In this document: piece after piece, positions 17,652 to 24,555 of the stretch | Position numbering within the stretch: position 1 is the stretch's first letter | Layout: each line of letters starts with the position of its first letter | Source of the DNA: a virus | Direction: 5' to 3' (one strand) | Length of the DNA stretch: 64,000 nt | IMG/VR virus record: IMGVR_UViG_3300042399_002267 | The notes under the pieces: generated by a model | The model's input: only the letters and a program-made list of their open reading frames with translations | Database searches by the model: none | What the model was told of the DNA's origin: nothing | Translations under genes and position numbers: made by a program

Positions 17652-18140
17652 TCAAGTAGCGATTTTTTTAAATTTTGTATTTGATTGAACTACCGCTTTA
17701 GCTTCGTTTAAATCAAATTTATCTTTGGTTCTATTTTTTCTGAATTCATTTGTTGTTTCAGAACTAAGATAATGATCTCTAAGAGCCAATTTAGCTTTTT
17801 CAGTAAGCGAAACTGATCTTCCGTAACCAGTAAGTAATCCTGAAGTTTTAAGTGCTAAAAGATCATTATCTGTAATATCAGAAGGAACATGGCAAACTTT
17901 AGCTTCTCTATTATGAGTAAGTTGATTTGCAGCAGTGACAACTTCATCAACATTTTTGTCAATAGTCATAAGCATTTCCATATAACGATCACCAACTTTA
18001 GCAGCTTGCTTTTGTGGTGGTGGAGTTGAACCCATGAGTTGAATTTGGATATCTGATAAACCCAAATTGCTCATTGACTGAGTGTCAAATAATTCTGCGT
18101 GTAATTCTAAAGAATGAACTGGCTTAATTGGTAAAGGCAT
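17652..18140 (-). CDS. Hypothetical protein, possible winged-helix region
   Basis: 162-aa ORF with SD GGAG; LLALKTSGLLTGYGRSVSLTEKAK resembles a wHTH wing. Confidence 0.5.
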   Translation of the reverse strand: MPLPIKPVHSLELHAELFDTQSMSNLGLSDIQIQLMGSTPPPQKQAAKVGDRYMEMLMTIDKNVDEVVTAANQLTHNREAKVCHVPSDITDNDLLALKTSGLLTGYGRSVSLTEKAKLALRDHYLSSETTNEFRKNRTKDKFDLNEAKAVVQSNTKFKKIAT

Positions 18141-18149
18141 AATGTTCTC

Positions 18150-18593
18150 CTATCTAAGTGGAATTCTATTTTTCCAACCATTTCCATCATCTACATTTTT
18201 CTGATATGTTGCTTCAAATGTAAAGGAATCTACGTCTCCAGCCATTGAAGGACTAGATGCTAAATTGCCTGGATCTATATACGCTGGACCTGGAACATTA
18301 TCTGGACCATGTAAAAGCCCTTCGATATTTTGTCCATCAGCTTCTCCACCCAAATCAAAATATTCTTTAGGAATTTTATTTGGTTTTTTGGTCTGTCTCC
18401 ACTCATCACCCTCTTTAAATTCATCTTCCAACTCGTCATATTCGACAAGATAAATATTTGGGTTTTTAGTGACAGATTGTTCTACATAATATTGGGCTAC
18501 TTTTTCAAAAATTAAATCAGAAGACTTGAAATTACCCTTACTATCTAGGATGTAGGCAATCCTTAATGTTTTATGGAGAATATTGAGATCCAT
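18150..18593 (-). CDS. Hypothetical head cargo protein (MDLN leader)
   Basis: Start reassigned to ATG 18593 because MDLN...LD..G...D...KVAQ aligns in register with the N-terminus of 43028..44119. Confidence 0.6.
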   Translation of the reverse strand: MDLNILHKTLRIAYILDSKGNFKSSDLIFEKVAQYYVEQSVTKNPNIYLVEYDELEDEFKEGDEWRQTKKPNKIPKEYFDLGGEADGQNIEGLLHGPDNVPGPAYIDPGNLASSPSMAGDVDSFTFEATYQKNVDDGNGWKNRIPLR

Positions 18594-18615
18594 AATCTTT
18601 GTGTTACTTAATTTT

Positions 18616-19737
18616 TCACAAATTTCCTGCAAATTCTTTTTTTACAACTTGTAATGCATTTTCAATAGTAGTGTCCATATCAAAATATTTATAATTGCCT
18701 AATCTTCCACCAATTAATAAATTTGGACAATTGACAGATGCAAAATTTCTATACTTTTCGTATTTTTCATTATTGATTTCATCATTTATTGGATAGTATG
18801 GATCTTCATTAGGAATGTTTTTATCAAATGTTTTTGAATACTCATAAGTAATTACTTTTTCATCTGATTTACTATTGTAAAAATAATTATGTTGAATGAT
18901 TCTCGTAAAATGAAAATCCTCAGATGGATATGTCATCAATGCCGTGCCTTGAATGTCAATCTTTGTATTGTAACTACTATGTTTGAGTGTTCGGTATTCT
19001 AAATCTCCAAACATGTAATTAAAATATTGATCAATAGGTCCTGTGTAAATTACTTTTTCAGCCAAAGAGTTTAAAAAATCTCTATTTACAATGTAATCAC
19101 ATTCTAACCAAACAACAATGCCTGATAATAGTTTTTCAAAAATTGAAGTGTAACCATGAATCGGAATACCTTCGTAAACATGATCATCAGAATAATATCG
19201 ATCATTTAAAGAAAATCTTAATGGTATTCGTTTAGCAATTGATGCTGGTAATAATTTTGGCTCTCTGCCCCATTGTTTTTTGGTGTATCCGTAGAAAAAC
19301 ATTTCGTACAAAGTTCTACCCATGGTGCTAAGACAATATTCTTCGAAATTTTGTGGATTTTCAAATAAAATTTTATCTGAATTAATTCTTTCTTTTGCTT
19401 GAAGTGGAGTGACAACATCATTCCAAACATGATGAATAGTAGATAAATTTATTGGCAAAGAATAGATTTTATTATTTACAAAAGCTTTATTTCTTAGAGT
19501 GAAATTATTAAATTCTGCAAATTTATTTATATAATCCCAAACATATTTTTTTGAAGTATGAAAAATATGTGGACCATATTTGTGTATATGATAATCTTCA
19601 AATGGTTCAGAATAACAATTTCCACCAATATGATTTCTTTTATCAACTACTAATACTTTTTTACCTAATTTATTAGCTTCATAAGCAAAAATGGAGCCGA
19701 ATAATCCGGCTCCAACAATAAGATAATCATATTTCAT
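18616..19737 (-). CDS. glf: UDP-galactopyranose mutase
   Basis: YDYLIVGAGLFG, RNHIGGNCY, HKYGPHIFHT, YTKKQWG, LEYRTL, YYPIN and GRLGNYKYFDMD. Confidence 0.92.
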   Translation of the reverse strand: MKYDYLIVGAGLFGSIFAYEANKLGKKVLVVDKRNHIGGNCYSEPFEDYHIHKYGPHIFHTSKKYVWDYINKFAEFNNFTLRNKAFVNNKIYSLPINLSTIHHVWNDVVTPLQAKERINSDKILFENPQNFEEYCLSTMGRTLYEMFFYGYTKKQWGREPKLLPASIAKRIPLRFSLNDRYYSDDHVYEGIPIHGYTSIFEKLLSGIVVWLECDYIVNRDFLNSLAEKVIYTGPIDQYFNYMFGDLEYRTLKHSSYNTKIDIQGTALMTYPSEDFHFTRIIQHNYFYNSKSDEKVITYEYSKTFDKNIPNEDPYYPINDEINNEKYEKYRNFASVNCPNLLIGGRLGNYKYFDMDTTIENALQVVKKEFAGNL

Positions 19738-19743
19738 ATGATT

Positions 19744-19772
19744 ATTTTACATATTAACTTGGGTTTGGTGAA
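19744..19772 (-). promoter_or_regulatory. sigma70-type promoter for a leaderless glf transcript
   Basis: TTCACC-17-TAAAAT-6 nt-ATG(19737); no SD. Confidence 0.5.
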
Positions 19773-20794
19773 AAGTGCCCATATAGTCCAATCCCATCAT
19801 AAATTTCTTCAACACCCTTATCTTCTCCACCCATGTCATTATAATCATAATAATTTCCAGGAAAAGACTTGCCATGCTGATTGAAAATACTTATTTCTTT
19901 AGGATTCATTTGAATTTTTTTACCCATCTCTTGCATTGGAACAACATTAGCTTTTGTATCTGGATATGGATTTCTTAGCATGGTCTCTTCATTGTATCCC
20001 GATGTGTCTTGATAAGATCTGTTAGCTTGATTACCTTCATTTAAGTATTCTTCAAGACCTTCGAAACCTGCTAAACCATCTAAAACTTTATATTGTCCAT
20101 CTGGAAAAGAATGAAATTGATATTCATCAAATTGATTATTTGGCTCACCTTCTGGCTTTACAGTAAACCTATTACGTCTCTTTACAGGATAGTCATAATC
20201 TTGAGGATCATGAACAAAACCATATTCTTTTGCAGTTCTGTTTGGATTGTTAGAAGAGATTACATCATGTCGTCTTTGAGGTTTTATTTGATCAGGAACT
20301 TTATCTTCGTATTCGTGAGCTCTTTTTTTGCTGTCATCAAAATGCCTTCTCTCAGCTAAACTTTCTTCCATTGTTCTTAAGTGTTCAGGTTTAGCATGAA
20401 AGTTTTCTTTGATATATGCTGGGCTATTTTTGATTAAACTTGATGCATGGTCTTCCAAAGATTTTTTGTAATTGTGAAGTTGCATTCTTAATTTTAATTT
20501 TAGTCTTTCAGTGGAAGACAATTCGTAATTAAGATCACCATCGGTATATGTGTGTTGAACAGAAAGTTGTTTCTCAATATTTTCATCATTTACATTATAT
20601 TGATCTAAATAAATATGGGTTTTTGAAAGAATTTTTTCAAAACTGTCGTCTTCATCAACATAAATATTAAGCTCAGAACCACCACGATTGGTGCCACCCC
20701 TTCCAAAAGGGCTACGACCAGGAGAGAAAGGTGATCCATTACCACCACCACCTACGCCACCAAATTGTGCGGTTTTGATATTATTTGAAGACAT
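19754..20794 (-). CDS. Hypothetical head-associated protein
   Basis: MSSNNIKTAQ followed by a Gly-rich linker; IEKQL and MEESL repeats. ATG 20794 is preferred over 20809. Confidence 0.55.
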   Translation of the reverse strand: MSSNNIKTAQFGGVGGGGNGSPFSPGRSPFGRGGTNRGGSELNIYVDEDDSFEKILSKTHIYLDQYNVNDENIEKQLSVQHTYTDGDLNYELSSTERLKLKLRMQLHNYKKSLEDHASSLIKNSPAYIKENFHAKPEHLRTMEESLAERRHFDDSKKRAHEYEDKVPDQIKPQRRHDVISSNNPNRTAKEYGFVHDPQDYDYPVKRRNRFTVKPEGEPNNQFDEYQFHSFPDGQYKVLDGLAGFEGLEEYLNEGNQANRSYQDTSGYNEETMLRNPYPDTKANVVPMQEMGKKIQMNPKEISIFNQHGKSFPGNYYDYNDMGGEDKGVEEIYDGIGLYGHFSPNPS

Positions 20795-20815
20795 AATGTT
20801 TTTTTCCATAAAAAT

Positions 20816-22939
20816 TTATCTAAACCTTCCACCTAAATTCATCAATCTTGCATTAGGAAGTCTTATAATTATTTTTGATGTTAAACATTCATAAGATACA
20901 GCAGCTACAGCATCGCAAATGTCATCTTTGTATCCTGACAAAGACTCGATGTAATATCTTTTGCCTTTCCATTTCTTTTGTAAAAATTGAAATTGGATTT
21001 TAGCTTCTTGCACTTCATTAAGTGGTTGTCTTTCACCACGCATATCAAGATAACTACCACCTGAAATATCATACATGTCAATTCTTTCTTCTCTAATTAA
21101 TTGACTTAATTCAGTGTAAATATCTTCTTTGTATTGTTTATTAAAATGTTTTTCAACAATATTTATTCCAGCAGTTTTCAATCTTATAATTGAAGATTGT
21201 GAATTCCATTGATCAACACTAACTTGTTTAAATCTAAATCTTTTATGAAGATCAATGACATAATCTTCAACTTCTCTAGTGTCAATTGGTTGATTTTTGG
21301 ACATTGGATTCCAAAAGTGAATGTGATCAATAACTACTCGCTTAAGTGGTCTATTATCAGGACCTACAGTTCCATACATAGGCTCTGTATGAGCAACACA
21401 CAATGCATAATAATCTGATGTTCTAGCAGGATCTAAATGACAATAATATTCAAACATATTGTCAGCATATTCTTTTCTTTTGACCATACTCATGCTACTG
21501 AACATAGAATTAATCAAATCAGCCATAAACATAGGATCTTGAGAAGATGCACCAAATTCAGCCCCATATTGCATTTGAAATTCTGATGGATTTTTCTTTT
21601 TTTCGTTATCTAAAAATTCTTTCCCAATATTCGGATTTGCTAACCATGTTGGCAATCTCATTATCAAAGTCGTAGGATCTTCAACTCTGTTTTCATGCAA
21701 GTCGTGCAATAACCCAATAGGTCCTTTGGGGTTTGAAAGCATCATCATCTTTCCGTCTTTTCCAAAGGTTGCAAGAGATGGCTTCAAATCATCATATAAT
21801 GCGTAATCTAATCCTGAATCGGGATTATCACCTGCCATAGCAGCAATTTCGTCCATGATTATGCACCAGCAAGTTAGACCAACAAGACCTGATGCACTTG
21901 AAGAACCACATTTTAAAGTTAAAGAACCAGAAAATGGATTTAACCCTTGAGCAGTACGGCGTTCATTTTCCTTAATATCATGGTCTGTAAGGAATCTCAT
22001 TTCAAGTTCAGTGTCTTTGCCAATAAATGGATTGAAATATGGCGAGGCTAGTACTGTTTGTTTGATTTTTGAGAAGATAGCATTCTTTGCTTGTTCTTCA
22101 TTTTTAGCAACATTCAATAAAACAATTTGATCAAATTCCATTAAACCATATCTGGCTTGTGGATGACCCATAGAAATCAATCTGTACAGTTCATAAAGTG
22201 CAATAGCTGAGACTAAGAATGATTTTCCACTACGTCTTCCAAGTACCAGTACAAGTTCTTGAAATTTGTATCTATTTGTACATTTCTCGTATATTTGATG
22301 TCTTAGTTTGGAATCTATTTCATCAGAAAACAAAAGATCTTTTTCTGATTGAAAACCATCAATAACAGGTCTATCTGATAATTTATCTACAAGTCTGATT
22401 GCATCAAAGTTTGTAGCTTCTTCTTTTGCATCTTCATATCTTTTTATTCTGACATCATCATCTAAATTAACGCATTCAAGACATGGAGAGTTATCAACTG
22501 TAAAAAGTGGTTTTACTATTTTACCAAGTTTCTTTTTTCTTAAAGTATCTTCCTCATTGTCCTTGATATGTTTCCAAACGCACCCTTCGCATCCATTTCT
22601 TTCTTCTAAAGGAACATCTTGAATTTCTAAATTTTCATTTCCTTCTTGCCCCATATAAAAACACTTGAGAATCAATCTTTGCCAAGGATGTGGCTTCAGA
22701 TTACAAAAATAAGGGTGTTCTATAAATGTTATGATGTCTACGATTTGATCAGGGTTAAATCTTGTCTTCTCTGGTTTTTTTGGAGGGGATATATCAGTTC
22801 TGGCACTTGGCAAAATGATATCGTCAAACTCAGATGCATAGCCAGTGTCTTTGAAGAATTGAGAAACTTCATTAGCTTGCTGCATAAGTTGACTTTTGAG
22901 GTCATGTTGCGCTAATTTCTGCGGATTTGGTTTTCTCAT
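20816..22939 (-). CDS. terL: Terminase large subunit
   Basis: Walker A LGRRSGKS, Walker B IIMDE, coupling motif LSNP, RNase-H-like HLDPA, DQWNS and KDDICDA. Confidence 0.9.
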   Translation of the reverse strand: MRKPNPQKLAQHDLKSQLMQQANEVSQFFKDTGYASEFDDIILPSARTDISPPKKPEKTRFNPDQIVDIITFIEHPYFCNLKPHPWQRLILKCFYMGQEGNENLEIQDVPLEERNGCEGCVWKHIKDNEEDTLRKKKLGKIVKPLFTVDNSPCLECVNLDDDVRIKRYEDAKEEATNFDAIRLVDKLSDRPVIDGFQSEKDLLFSDEIDSKLRHQIYEKCTNRYKFQELVLVLGRRSGKSFLVSAIALYELYRLISMGHPQARYGLMEFDQIVLLNVAKNEEQAKNAIFSKIKQTVLASPYFNPFIGKDTELEMRFLTDHDIKENERRTAQGLNPFSGSLTLKCGSSSASGLVGLTCWCIIMDEIAAMAGDNPDSGLDYALYDDLKPSLATFGKDGKMMMLSNPKGPIGLLHDLHENRVEDPTTLIMRLPTWLANPNIGKEFLDNEKKKNPSEFQMQYGAEFGASSQDPMFMADLINSMFSSMSMVKRKEYADNMFEYYCHLDPARTSDYYALCVAHTEPMYGTVGPDNRPLKRVVIDHIHFWNPMSKNQPIDTREVEDYVIDLHKRFRFKQVSVDQWNSQSSIIRLKTAGINIVEKHFNKQYKEDIYTELSQLIREERIDMYDISGGSYLDMRGERQPLNEVQEAKIQFQFLQKKWKGKRYYIESLSGYKDDICDAVAAVSYECLTSKIIIRLPNARLMNLGGRFR

Positions 22940-23628
22940 TAGTTGTCAGATTGAATTTTGCTCTTCAGGGTTTGTATTTCTTCCCTAATAATTCTTTTAT
23001 CAGTTTCAGAATCCATTTTTTCATGGAGTTTGACAAGTACATCAAAAATATTTATAGCATAGATACCTTGATTATCTCTTGCTTCTTTTAGATATAAAAT
23101 TTTTGTAATTAGTTTTTCAACCATTGCTGCTCTTTTGAGCTTCATATCATTATTTTTGGAACAATCCATTCCACGAACATCGTCAAGCTCCACAAGTAAA
23201 GCTGTAAGTGCTAATTGATGTTCTCTAAAAATCCAAGGAGCAATTAATTCTTCTCTTTGCTCATAATTCTTCAGACCTGAAGTTGCAATTTTCTTAAAAT
23301 CACAATGCTGGTCCATGTGTGTGTTAACTTGAACCCAGTTAAGTTTTGCATCAAAATACTTGTGGAAAAAATTGATTACTGATTGTGGCTTTTTACCACT
23401 TTCAAGATATACATGTTCAGCTAAGTCTCTAAAAGCTGAAGTACAAAGTGAACATCTTGGTTCAATAAACTGAGGATATTGAATATCACTCATATTGTCA
23501 GGAGGAAGAGGAGATAAGGGTCTATCTCCTTCTTTCAAATCCTTGAACATTCTAGAAGGTTTATCTATTGTTTTATCTACAGCAGGAATGATAGCATCAA
23601 CAATCTCTTCTTTATTATTATCTTGCAT
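22939..23628 (-). CDS. Putative terminase small subunit
   Basis: Translationally coupled (TAATG) directly upstream of terL; CSLC..H...HC and helical C-terminus. ATG 23628 is preferred. Confidence 0.45.
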   Translation of the reverse strand: MQDNNKEEIVDAIIPAVDKTIDKPSRMFKDLKEGDRPLSPLPPDNMSDIQYPQFIEPRCSLCTSAFRDLAEHVYLESGKKPQSVINFFHKYFDAKLNWVQVNTHMDQHCDFKKIATSGLKNYEQREELIAPWIFREHQLALTALLVELDDVRGMDCSKNNDMKLKRAAMVEKLITKILYLKEARDNQGIYAINIFDVLVKLHEKMDSETDKRIIREEIQTLKSKIQSDN

Positions 23629-23693
23629 AATGGCTTTATACAAAGCAGAACAAGCCACTACTAGAGCGGCTTGTGCATTTTTTAGGATGAATA

Positions 23694-24407
23694 CTAATCA
23701 GATAGCGCTCTTTTAAGTCTCAAATATGGAGAGACTTGATCAGCAGCAGAAACTATATACTCATCTGCGATGCCGAAATCTGCATAATTTCCTTTTGTAA
23801 ATTTTTCACTTGTTGATGTTCCATTTGATAAATCTACTTCTGCTGAACCTTTTCTCATGCTTACAACATATTTATTTGAAGATGCAGTTTTAATTTCTGC
23901 ACTTTCTTTTTGAGCAATTAACACTGAATTTAACAATGCTTCTTCTACCCAAGGTTTTAATGCTACATGCAAATGTCCCTTGCCTTGATCAGAAGATTTA
24001 GCAATTTCAGCAACTCTTTGCCAAAATCCTAAACCACGCTCATCAGCTTTTACGATTGAATATGTACCTGAACAAAGTCTTTTTACAAATTCTCTTGCAC
24101 TGTATTTTTCAAGTGATTTTTCAATTACCGGAATACAATCTGCATATTTTGTTGGAACTATAGCGACACTAATAACTTCTTTTTGAGCAGATGTAGGCTC
24201 ATTAAATAAATTAGAAGCAACTCTGTCTGCTAATTCTAAATCGAAATTGTCTGCAGCTAATAACTCTACAACTTCTGATTTGGAAAATCCTTGGCTAGCA
24301 TATTTTTCAGCTTGGGAACTGGCTACAACAAATGCGCCATCACTAAGTGTACGCAACTCATTGCGCCAATTATAAATCATGTCATCGGATATGTTTTTTT
24401 CAACCAC
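23694..24407 (-). CDS. Hypothetical protein
   Basis: Start reassigned to GTG 24407 (SD GGGAG); KTAS motif. Confidence 0.55.
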   Translation of the reverse strand: MVEKNISDDMIYNWRNELRTLSDGAFVVASSQAEKYASQGFSKSEVVELLAADNFDLELADRVASNLFNEPTSAQKEVISVAIVPTKYADCIPVIEKSLEKYSAREFVKRLCSGTYSIVKADERGLGFWQRVAEIAKSSDQGKGHLHVALKPWVEEALLNSVLIAQKESAEIKTASSNKYVVSMRKGSAEVDLSNGTSTSEKFTKGNYADFGIADEYIVSAADQVSPYLRLKRALSD

Positions 24408-24516
24408 AGTGACTTCTCCCCTTTTAAATAAAAATAACCCTAGACAAGAATGTTGTATGTCAAGGGTTTTTGTGGAACATATCAATATAATACAAAGAAT
24501 TATAAAATATATTCCA

Positions 24517-24542
24517 TAGGTAATTATAGTTAGATTGTAAAA
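24517..24542 (+). promoter_or_regulatory. Putative late promoter TAGGT-N16-TAAAA
   Basis: AGG motif and 16-nt spacing as at the other late sites; 13 nt upstream of ATG 24556. Confidence 0.4.
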
Positions 24543-24555
24543 TAATATCAGTATT

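Noticed and set aside
18609-18630. Further late-promoter candidates (GCAGGAAAT before 18593; AAGGT-N16-GGAAA before 20794)
   Set aside because: The -35-like part fits but the -10 part is too degenerate to distinguish from chance in AT-rich DNA.
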